Positions 54,258 through 61,750 of a stretch of 64,000 nucleotides of DNA are shown here, in pieces; positions within the stretch are counted from its first letter, which is position 1; each line of letters opens with the position of its first letter. The position numbers were made by a program, and so were the translations under genes. Source of the DNA: Bacillota bacterium (lineage in GTDB: Bacteria; Bacillota; Peptococcia; Peptococcales; BICA1-8); NCBI GenBank assembly GCA_049323895.1, contig JBMOKT010000008.1:12985-76984 (forward strand), read 5' to 3'. The notes under the pieces are model-generated. The model was not told the DNA's origin and did not search any database. It saw only the letters and a program-made list of their open reading frames with translations.

Positions 54258-54764
54258 ATGAAATACACTATGCAATCTAATAGTAAACATAAAAAAAAGT
54301 TCAAAACATGGACTTGTGGATTTTTGGCAGGATTAATTGCTACAACTATATTAACTGCTATCTCTCTAACACTTTACTTTTCTGGGGTAATACCGATAAG
54401 TATAACGGAATACGGAGCAAGATTTATTTTACATGTACCAGATAAACCCATGCACATTGGCAGATGGATAGTTGGATTTATTACAAATTATAGTTTGGGT
54501 GGACTATTCGGAATACTATCGGCATATCTATACAAAATAACAGGTCCAGAGGAGAAACTTATAAAATTAAGTGGAGTTGCATTTTGCATGTGGTTCTTTC
54601 AGTTAGCAATTGTACCTGCTTTAGACCCAACCATGGATAAATTCGGGACTTATGATACAGCCATTGCTTATTATTTGATATACCATGTTTGGTCAATTAT
54701 TGCGACCTCTTTTATTATAAGATACTTACAATTTCCCGATAATGATAATGCAATGACAAAATAA
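54258..54764 (+). CDS. Four-TM membrane protein, unknown function
   Basis: ORF track, 168 aa. Confidence 0.5.
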   Translation: MKYTMQSNSKHKKKFKTWTCGFLAGLIATTILTAISLTLYFSGVIPISITEYGARFILHVPDKPMHIGRWIVGFITNYSLGGLFGILSAYLYKITGPEEKLIKLSGVAFCMWFFQLAIVPALDPTMDKFGTYDTAIAYYLIYHVWSIIATSFIIRYLQFPDNDNAMTK

Positions 54765-54784
54765 ATAATACTACTCTCCTTATA

Positions 54785-54850
54785 TCGCAATATTTACAGG
54801 ATATGCAACATAAACCCCCCAGGGTTTCCTCTGGGGGGTTGAAGCTTTTA
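54785..54850 (+). repeat. Family-B two-hairpin repeat, copy 4
   Basis: tcgcaatatttacaggatatgcaacataaaCCCCCCAGgGtttcCtCTGGGGGGttgaagctttta. Confidence 0.8.
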
Positions 54851-54953
54851 AAAAGTATATGTGAGCGTGTTAAATTAATTTTACTATTTGTTTTTATTCA
54901 GTTTATTTTTATTTTTGTGCCGGATATGCTCTAGTCACTGGGCACGGGACTGA

Positions 54954-56036
54954 TCACTGGACAGGTGTATAAACCTGCAGCTCCTTATCCCCCAACTTCC
55001 CATCATCAATCTTTTCCTTTTCCGTTTCCGGAATACTAATAGTATTTGGATCTCCATCGCTGATATATCTTTTATCGGGGTTGGTCTCAAAATAATTTAA
55101 CCATTTATCAAATTCTTCCTGAAAAACTTGTATCCTGGGGAGCCTAGTAAAATCATACCCTTTAACCACCGGCGATTTTATTGGTCCGGAGCCAACAAGG
55201 AGTATTGCCTTGTTATGGTATTTGACCCCTTGGTACTCCCCTTCTACTGCCCAATTCACATCCTTAGGACTAATCCCATGGGGCAGGGCCAATGTATCTA
55301 ATTCGTAGCCAGGAACCACTTCCTGAACCATTTTTGCCATTTTACCCAGTTCCTCTTCGACCTTTTCCTTGGGTAAGGTACTAAGCTTGGGGTGATTTAC
55401 GGTATGATTACCTAAATCCATACCCATTTCTACCACAGCCCGCATTTTATCCTGCCAGGAATCCTTCTGTTTAAAAGGGGTGTAGTAGTTGATATAAAAG
55501 GTGGCTTCCAAACCAAAATCAGGGTGTTCCTCGGCAAAGTCCTTTAAAATACCTACGGCACTATTAGGGTCAATAATTCTTTTGCCATCCTGTTCAAGGT
55601 AACGGAAATGACCCTCTGTCCCGTCATCAAAAGTTAAAACAACAGGTGTAAAACCTGCCTCGATGTTAATATTGTTAGTTACTACATCACGCAAACTTAC
55701 TAAACGGTAACCCTTGGCATAAAGGGTTTCCAAATCCTTACGGAAATTAGTATATGTACGAGCCCATCTGTCTTCCTTTTCACCTATAACATGCCACTCT
55801 AAAATCATAATTTGCCCTGCTTCATTTGCTTTAACCTGGACGGGGTCAATTTTCTCCTCTTTTGGTTCCTGGATTTCAGGTGAGATAACCGGTTCCGGAG
55901 TTGATTGACTAGTGTCTTCAGATTTACCAGAATCAAGGGGAGGGTTTTTAGAAACCTCTGTTCCACAGCCGCTAATAAAAAGTGCAAAAATTAAGAAGAA
56001 TACTGCAGCAACCTTTATGATTTTTCCTAGATACAA
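54954..56036 (-). CDS. Polysaccharide deacetylase (NodB-domain) lipoprotein
   Basis: 360 aa. Lipobox LFISGCG. VVLTFDDGTEGHF and GNHTVNHP are NodB motifs. Confidence 0.8.
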   Translation of the reverse strand: MYLGKIIKVAAVFFLIFALFISGCGTEVSKNPPLDSGKSEDTSQSTPEPVISPEIQEPKEEKIDPVQVKANEAGQIMILEWHVIGEKEDRWARTYTNFRKDLETLYAKGYRLVSLRDVVTNNINIEAGFTPVVLTFDDGTEGHFRYLEQDGKRIIDPNSAVGILKDFAEEHPDFGLEATFYINYYTPFKQKDSWQDKMRAVVEMGMDLGNHTVNHPKLSTLPKEKVEEELGKMAKMVQEVVPGYELDTLALPHGISPKDVNWAVEGEYQGVKYHNKAILLVGSGPIKSPVVKGYDFTRLPRIQVFQEEFDKWLNYFETNPDKRYISDGDPNTISIPETEKEKIDDGKLGDKELQVYTPVQ

Positions 56037-56151
56037 TTATTTCTCCTCCTAGCTCGATGGCTTTATGGTTCAATAATATTCTACACTCCCGGGGACAAGT
56101 GTTCCAGAATTATTTCACTGCTAAATTTTCCCTCAGTTTTTCATGAACCAG

Positions 56152-56712
56152 TCAATTATTCACCCGTTCTTTACTTAGGGTACTTAACACAGCCGCTAAA
56201 ACCCTATACATTTCGTCTCTCTCCCTAATGGTATCCCATTGGTTGTTGATTTGGCATTCCCTGTAGATTATTTCCCCATGGGCAACAGCCAGATTAACAC
56301 TAGTCACATTCTGCAGGCAGCTTAATATACTTCCGTCGGTAAATAACAAGCTGCAGCCTGAAACTTCATTTGCATAAGCCTTTTTGAGTTTGTTCCTAAT
56401 AATGTAAGCCCTGGCCCCTTCATCCTTGGCATATGGCTCCCTTACCTTAAGGGGGATTAATATTAAATCTGGATGAAGCGGCAAGGGTGAGGATGCTTTA
56501 CGACCAACCAGAACTCCATACTTCTTCTTCAATTGGGATAAATCAACGGCAAAAACCTTGGCGAGGTTTTTCAGGACAGTATTGGTTTTGTTTGGTATTA
56601 TAACTTTCTCCCCGCCATTTAACCAAATCTCGGTAAAATTACCCCCCTGTTGGTCATAAACAGGGACTAAGCAGTTTATATTTCTCCATTCCTCTTCATA
56701 ATTAAAAGACAT
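56152..56712 (-). CDS. ComK-family protein (competence-type transcription factor family)
   Basis: 186 aa. PLPLHPDLILIPLKVREP and the overall pattern resemble ComK (PF06338) as I recall it. Confidence 0.5.
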   Translation of the reverse strand: MSFNYEEEWRNINCLVPVYDQQGGNFTEIWLNGGEKVIIPNKTNTVLKNLAKVFAVDLSQLKKKYGVLVGRKASSPLPLHPDLILIPLKVREPYAKDEGARAYIIRNKLKKAYANEVSGCSLLFTDGSILSCLQNVTSVNLAVAHGEIIYRECQINNQWDTIRERDEMYRVLAAVLSTLSKERVNN

Positions 56713-56809
56713 TTTTAACCTCCTCTCGGATATGGAATATCTTTAAACCTTGGCGAAGGCTAATATAGTGTAATTTTAACCGAACGTATGTTTGGTTGTC
56801 AACCTGACT

Positions 56810-57259
56810 TTAACCCGAGTTTAGATATTTATTTAAAACTTCACGTGGGAAGAATCTGCCTGGACACTGGGTATTGCTGCCTGGAATTTCTTTGTGTGTT
56901 TCAATTTTTTCCACAGGAATGTTATAAACCCTTTGCAGCTTTTTAATTAAATTCACCAAACCCTTTAACTGCTCCGGTCCAACGCTGTCATACTCAAAAT
57001 TTCCTATCAAACAAATCCCTATTGCCGTAAAATTCCTATTGCCGGCCCGGGTATGAGCTCCAATTTTATCTAGGGGTCTCCCTACCTCCACTTTCCCATC
57101 GGGAAGTACTACATAGTGGTAGCCAATATCACTCCAGCCTCGTTCATTAACATGCCACCCCCTGATCATTTCCCCATCTACACTTACCCATTTTTCACCC
57201 CGCCAAAAACCTCGAGGGCTGGCGGAATGATGGATTACTATTTCCCGCCATTTAACCAT
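56810..57259 (-). CDS. N-acetylmuramoyl-L-alanine amidase (amidase_2/PGRP fold)
   Basis: 149 aa. IVIHHSASP, GWSDIGYHYVV, GAHTRAGNRNFTAIGICLIGNF. Confidence 0.85.
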   Translation of the reverse strand: MVKWREIVIHHSASPRGFWRGEKWVSVDGEMIRGWHVNERGWSDIGYHYVVLPDGKVEVGRPLDKIGAHTRAGNRNFTAIGICLIGNFEYDSVGPEQLKGLVNLIKKLQRVYNIPVEKIETHKEIPGSNTQCPGRFFPREVLNKYLNSG

Positions 57260-57413
57260 TCATTCTTACCTCCTTGAGTGCTTCGATTACCTTGGCCAGT
57301 TCAATTATTGACATGGAAAGGCTCTCCAATTTCCCTTCTATCCGAACCAGCAAATAGATGCTTATTACCATAGGAAAACCATAGTTGCCAATCTGCTGCA
57401 ATAAAGTTTCCAA
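57252..57413 (-). CDS. YvrJ-family small membrane protein
   Basis: The track ORF is trimmed to the TTG at 57413 (GGAGGTG 6 nt upstream), giving METLLQQIGNYGFPMVISIYLLVRIEGKLESL, typical of YvrJ. Overlaps the amidase start by 8 nt. Confidence 0.65.
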   Translation of the reverse strand: METLLQQIGNYGFPMVISIYLLVRIEGKLESLSMSIIELAKVIEALKEVRMNG

Positions 57414-57414
57414 T

Positions 57415-57633
57415 TTAATCACCTCCAGACAAATCAAATTCTTTTATAACCTGTTCTTCGCCGGAGATAATTTCCTGGATTATTTGCAGGCAGGAATTGC
57501 ACAAAAGCAAGTCTCCTACCACCTGCTTTCTATGCCAAATTACCATTCTTTTTTCAACTATCTCCAGACGATCACACAAGTTGCATTTATATTTCTTGGC
57601 AGCCTGATAAGGCTGGATATCGATTTTGTTCAT
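57415..57633 (-). CDS. Small zinc-ribbon-like protein (CxxC...CxxC)
   Basis: 72 aa. KCNLCDRLE...LLCNSCLQ. AAGGAGGG upstream. Its stop is 1 nt from the YvrJ start. Confidence 0.55.
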   Translation of the reverse strand: MNKIDIQPYQAAKKYKCNLCDRLEIVEKRMVIWHRKQVVGDLLLCNSCLQIIQEIISGEEQVIKEFDLSGGD

Positions 57634-57650
57634 GTAAACCCTCCTTTTAT

Positions 57651-57731
57651 TAGTAGTGGCTAGTTGTTAGTGGCTAGTGGCTAGTGGCTAGTAAGGATTA
57701 GTTACTGATGTCTAGTGCCAGGTGACTGGTA
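57651..57731. repeat. Family-A array block: (TAGTGGC)n, then gttactg/gtgactggt
   Basis: tagtagtggctagttgttagtggctagtggctagtggctagtaaggattagttactgatgtctagtgccaggtgactggt. It starts about 5 nt upstream of the SD of the Zn-ribbon gene. Confidence 0.9.
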
Positions 57732-57825
57732 TATGTATGGAAGTATGAGAGTGGGAAAGTTTAATAGTTTGATATGTAGGGGGAGGTTTCCATGCCGCCC
57801 CCCCACAAATAAAACTTCCTTCTAT

Positions 57826-57870
57826 CTTTTTCTGTAGCTACCGTAGTCACTGTAGATACTGTAGCTACTG
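57826..57870. repeat. Family-A nonamer array CTTTTTCTGTAGcta CcGTAGtca CTGTAGata CTGTAGcta CTG
   Basis: Direct reading; it ends 22 nt from the stop of the DUF2922 gene. Confidence 0.9.
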
Positions 57871-57892
57871 ATTCAGATGCCTTTCAACTACC

Positions 57893-58117
57893 TTACACAC
57901 TAACCAATTCAGTGACCTGACGGTTAATCAACCTTGCTCCCACAATTCCTACCAAATCTCCGCCTGTTGAATCAATAACATTGGCGGCGATTATACTATT
58001 CATTGCGGCTTCCACCTCTGTTGAGGTAAGCTCAGCCCTGGGGTCAAGAATACTAAGGGTGACCCTGCCGTTGGCGGCATTGCTGAAAATCATCTGCAGA
58101 GTTTTAGTCTCATCCAT
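57893..58117 (-). CDS. DUF2922-family small protein
   Basis: 74 aa. TLQMIFSNAANGRVTLSILDPRAELTSTEVEAAMNSII pattern. Paired with DUF1659 as in many Firmicutes. Confidence 0.6.
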   Translation of the reverse strand: MDETKTLQMIFSNAANGRVTLSILDPRAELTSTEVEAAMNSIIAANVIDSTGGDLVGIVGARLINRQVTELVSV

Positions 58118-58154
58118 TTATTTCACCTCCCTACTAAAAATAATTTTGCATTTC

Positions 58155-58379
58155 CTACACCTGTTCTAAGCCCACTTCATTGGTGCGATTGACAGCAAAT
58201 AATGGATGCTGCTGCAATCCAGCGATTTCTGCTGCAAATTGATAGACACTATCATTGGTTGCACCAGATTTAATCCTGTTGTAGCTGCGGTTCTCTAACA
58301 AGGGATTGCCCTCGCTATCAGTACCTGTCTGTACAACTACCTGCAGCCTAGAACCTAAAGCTGTTGTAATTACCGGCAT
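58155..58379 (-). CDS. DUF1659-family small protein
   Basis: 74 aa. LQVVVQTGTDSEGNPLLENRSYNRIK pattern. GGAGGTGAGG upstream. Confidence 0.6.
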   Translation of the reverse strand: MPVITTALGSRLQVVVQTGTDSEGNPLLENRSYNRIKSGATNDSVYQFAAEIAGLQQHPLFAVNRTNEVGLEQV

Positions 58380-58616
58380 TTACCTCACCTCCTTTTTTTA
58401 ACTTATCTTTATTTTAGATGGGATTTTATTAAGAGGAAAAAACCGTTTTGTTAGCAAAACCTGGGTATTTACAGCTAAATTGAAGCAGACTAAAATAAAA
58501 AAATTACTAGTACAGGCTTATCTTTTTAATTAACTGTAAAAAAACCAAATATTTGCAGGTGAACTTAGTCCTAAGGTAGAATCTTATTCTAAAAAAAAAT
58601 TGGAGGGAAGGGAATA

Positions 58617-58790
58617 ATGCAAGCGAAGATAATGTGGCATTTTGAACTAGAGGGAGAAAACTTGGAGCCGGAAAAGGTAAAGAAGGCTGCCCAAATGTCT
58701 ATGGAGAAATACTGTTCGGTTTCCCTTTCGTTAAACGCCAGAATTACATACAGCTATGAAGTAAACGGAATTAAATACACTGTCAATTAG
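58617..58790 (+). pseudogene. C-terminal fragment of an OsmC/Ohr-family protein (57 codons)
   Basis: My own translation: MQAKIMWHFELEGENLEPEKVKKAAQMSMEKYCSVSLSLNARITYSYEVNGIKYTVN. The xxKYCSVS...I.Y pattern is the OsmC C-terminus. The N-terminal two-thirds, including the catalytic Cys region, is absent. Confidence 0.5.
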
Positions 58791-58829
58791 TCTTTAGTTT
58801 AGACACTAAATCATTGGAGGGGTTTTTCA

Positions 58830-59684
58830 ATGGAAGGTTTGGGGTTGATTAATGGAAATCTGGTAGGTCTGGATGAGTATGTTGTACCAATTGAGGATCG
58901 TGGACACCAATTAGGTGACGGAGTTTATGAGGTAACCTTGGTTTATGGAGGGAAGCCTTTTTTGGTGATTGACCATATGGAGCGCATGTTCAGAAGTGCT
59001 TCCTTATTAAGAATCGACATTCCCTATACACTTGAAGAATTAGTGAAGTTTCACCTTTTATTAATTGAAAAGACCGGTTTTAAGGAGGCACTTATTTATT
59101 CACAATTTACAAGGGGTATTGCCCCCCGTACCCATGCTTTCCCCGAGGGAATTAAACCCCGTTTGGCAATGACAATAAGACCCTGGACAAAAATAAATCC
59201 TGCATTAAAAGAAAATGGAGCAGCGGCCATACTGCTGCCTGATGAACGCTGGCTAAAATGCAATATTAAATCCCTCAATCTATTAGGTAACGTACTTGTT
59301 AAACAAACAGCCCTGGAAAATGGCTGTTTTGACGGAATTATGCATAGAGATGGGATTGTAACAGAAGGAGCAAATTCCAACGTGTTTGTGGTAAAAGGAG
59401 GAGAAATATTTACCCATCCTGCCAATAACAAAATTTTGTCCGGAATTACCAGAGCAACAATTATCCAATTTGCTTCTCAATTAAACTTAAAAGTAAATGA
59501 AGAACCCTTTACTACTGAGTTTCTGATGAATGCCGATGAAGTTTTTCTGACGGGAACTACCACAGAAGTAATGCCCATTGTAAAAGTAAGCGACCAGCCT
59601 ATTGGAATAGGAAAAGTTGGAATGATTACTAAAAAATTGCATGATTTATACCAAGAAAAGATTATTAAGGAGTGTCGGAGTTAG
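58830..59684 (+). CDS. dat: D-amino-acid (D-alanine) aminotransferase, fold type IV
   Basis: 284 aa. EDRGHQLGDGVYEV, RWLKCNIKSLNLLGNVL, VTEGANSNVF and THPANNKILSGITR are near-collinear with B. subtilis Dat. Confidence 0.85.
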   Translation: MEGLGLINGNLVGLDEYVVPIEDRGHQLGDGVYEVTLVYGGKPFLVIDHMERMFRSASLLRIDIPYTLEELVKFHLLLIEKTGFKEALIYSQFTRGIAPRTHAFPEGIKPRLAMTIRPWTKINPALKENGAAAILLPDERWLKCNIKSLNLLGNVLVKQTALENGCFDGIMHRDGIVTEGANSNVFVVKGGEIFTHPANNKILSGITRATIIQFASQLNLKVNEEPFTTEFLMNADEVFLTGTTTEVMPIVKVSDQPIGIGKVGMITKKLHDLYQEKIIKECRS

Positions 59685-59713
59685 GAACTTCTCGTCTTTC
59701 AGATTAGGACTAT

Positions 59714-59751
59714 GCCAGTGTATTTCCATTGGAAATATATTGGTTATTTTT
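59714..59751 (+). terminator. Intrinsic terminator after dat
   Basis: CCAGTGTATTTCCAtTGGAAATAtATTGG followed by ttatttttt. Confidence 0.7.
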
Positions 59752-59856
59752 TAGAAAAACACGGCTTGCGCCGAGCCTTTGGCGACTGCGGAAGCCGATG
59801 TTGCACTTATACTTAACACCTTATAAAAGCTATACTTTCTAAACAAATATGTGAAA
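59751..59856 (+). repeat. Family-C conserved element, copy 3
   Basis: ttagaaaaacacggcttgcgccgagcctttggcgactgcggaagccgatgttgcacttatacttaacaccttataaaagctatac... Confidence 0.85.
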
Positions 59857-59890
59857 GAGAACCGAAATTTCCGGTTCTCTTTTGTTATTT
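59856..59890 (+). terminator. Hairpin terminator immediately 3' of repeat C3
   Basis: AGAGAACCGgaaatttCCGGTTCTCT followed by tttgttattt. Confidence 0.7.
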
Positions 59891-59996
59891 ACAAAAAAAT
59901 TTTAACTATTATTAAAAAATTTGAAGGAATTACTTGCATAGTGTAGAATTATTAAGTCAATTAAATAAATTTAATAAAATTACGGAGTGATAAAAG

Positions 59997-60683
59997 GTGT
60001 CTAGAAAAACCGTTGGCATCATCGGGGGGATGGGACCCGAAGCTACTGTTGATTTTATGGCAAAAATAATTAAAAAAACTCCTGCCCAGATTGACCAGAA
60101 TCACCTCCATCTTTTGGTGGATAATAATCCGCAAATCCCTGATAGATTAAACGCTATTCTAAATAATGGGCAAAATCCTGGACCTGTTTTAGCACAGGCA
60201 GCGTTAAATTTAGCTAAGTGGGGTGCGGAAATTTTAGCTATGCCGTGCAATACTGCCCACTACTACTATCCGGAAATCCAACAGGCTGTCCAAGTCCCTG
60301 TCTTAAATATCATCGATGAAACAATAAAAATTCTTAAAAGGGACCACGTAAAAAGTGTTGGCTTATTAGCTACCATAGGTACTTTAAAAACAATGCTTTA
60401 CCATGAAAAATTAAAGGAAGCAAATATTAATGTAATTATTCCCGATGAATTTTTCCAAAAAATGATAACACGGAGTATTCTTACACTAAAAAGAGGTGAT
60501 TATCAAGCGGCAAGAGCAAATAATCAACAAATTATTGACCACATTGTAGCAAAAAATGCTGAGGCTATTATTCTAGGCTGTACTGAACTACCTATTGTTT
60601 TCAACAATAAGGAAGAATACGGGGTAACCCTGTACGACCCCACAGAAATATTAGCAGAAGCTGTTGTACGGGAAGCATACTAA
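59997..60683 (+). CDS. Aspartate/glutamate-racemase-family protein (aspartate racemase-like)
   Basis: 228 aa. GIIGGMGPEAT, MPCNTAHYY and LGCTELP (the two catalytic Cys regions). Confidence 0.8.
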   Translation: MSRKTVGIIGGMGPEATVDFMAKIIKKTPAQIDQNHLHLLVDNNPQIPDRLNAILNNGQNPGPVLAQAALNLAKWGAEILAMPCNTAHYYYPEIQQAVQVPVLNIIDETIKILKRDHVKSVGLLATIGTLKTMLYHEKLKEANINVIIPDEFFQKMITRSILTLKRGDYQAARANNQQIIDHIVAKNAEAIILGCTELPIVFNNKEEYGVTLYDPTEILAEAVVREAY

Positions 60684-60709
60684 CTAAAAAAATTTATTGG
60701 AGGTATAAA

Positions 60710-61717
60710 ATGAATTTAGCTCAATTTCCACGTAGACGTTATACTGAAGGGAAAACGCCCCTGGAAAAACTTTCTCGTTTATCAGAACAGTTGGGTGGTC
60801 CAAATATTTATATGAAAAGGGATGATTTATTAGGGCTTACTTTAGGTGGAAACAAAACAAGGAAATTAGAATTTCTGGTAGCTGACGCCCTGGCAAAAGG
60901 TGCCGATACATTAATTACTTGTGGAGCAGTCCAGTCTAACCACTGCCGTTTAACTTTAGCTGCTGCCGTCAAAGAAGGCTTAAAATGCTGTCTTGTTTTA
61001 GAAGAACGGGTGACGGGCAGTTATAAACCACAGGGCAGCGGAAATAATTTTTTGTATCATTTACTTGGCGTTGAAGCTATCAAAGTAGTGCCCGGCGGTT
61101 CCAATATGATGGCAGAAATGGAGTCTGTTGCCAGGGAATTACAGCAGGCAGGAAGAAAACCATACATTATACCCGGGGGTGGTTCGAACGAAATCGGGGC
61201 AACTGGTTACGTTGCTTGTGCCCAGGAAATAATGGAACAGTCCTTTGACATGGGTTTAAATATCAACTGTGTTGTTACAACCAGCGGAAGTACTGGTACC
61301 CATGCCGGTCTTGTCGTAGGCTTCTATAGTTCAAACAGTAATATTCCTGTAATTGGTTTAAATATTAGCCGCAAGAAGGATGTTCAAGAAGAAATGGTTT
61401 ATCAACTAGTAGAAAAAACAGCTAAGCATGTTGGAATAAGCGGTACTATACCCCGGGAAACAGTATTATGTTTTGATGAATATGTTGGTCCAGGTTATTC
61501 TATTCCAACAGATGAAATGGTAGAAGCTACAAAGTTAGTTGCCCAAACCGAAGCAATTTTAATGGATCCTGTATATTCAGGCAAGGCAATGGCAGGTTTA
61601 ATTAACTTAATACGCAAAGGTTACTTTAAAAAGGAAGATAATATTGTCTTCCTGCATACAGGAGGCTCCCCTGCGCTATTTGCCTATACTACAACCTTTT
61701 GGGAAAGCTTAAAATAA
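60710..61717 (+). CDS. dcyD: D-cysteine desulfhydrase / ACC-deaminase-family PLP enzyme
   Basis: 335 aa. TPLEKL...YMKRDDLLGLTLGGNKTRKLEFLVADAL and HTGGSPALFAY. Confidence 0.75.
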   Translation: MNLAQFPRRRYTEGKTPLEKLSRLSEQLGGPNIYMKRDDLLGLTLGGNKTRKLEFLVADALAKGADTLITCGAVQSNHCRLTLAAAVKEGLKCCLVLEERVTGSYKPQGSGNNFLYHLLGVEAIKVVPGGSNMMAEMESVARELQQAGRKPYIIPGGGSNEIGATGYVACAQEIMEQSFDMGLNINCVVTTSGSTGTHAGLVVGFYSSNSNIPVIGLNISRKKDVQEEMVYQLVEKTAKHVGISGTIPRETVLCFDEYVGPGYSIPTDEMVEATKLVAQTEAILMDPVYSGKAMAGLINLIRKGYFKKEDNIVFLHTGGSPALFAYTTTFWESLK

Positions 61718-61750
61718 ATTATTATTTTATTTGTTATACAAGGAGGATAT

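Noticed and set aside
56810-57437. A prophage lysis cassette or prophage remnant.
   Set aside because: No integrase, terminase, capsid, tail or repressor genes, no att-like repeats, and the flanks are ordinary chromosomal genes. It is treated instead as a chromosomal YvrJ-amidase module.
4358-57870. Whether the short tandem arrays could be CRISPR arrays.
   Set aside because: Unit lengths are 7-14 nt with no unique spacers between units, and no cas genes are in the window. They are simple tandem repeats.
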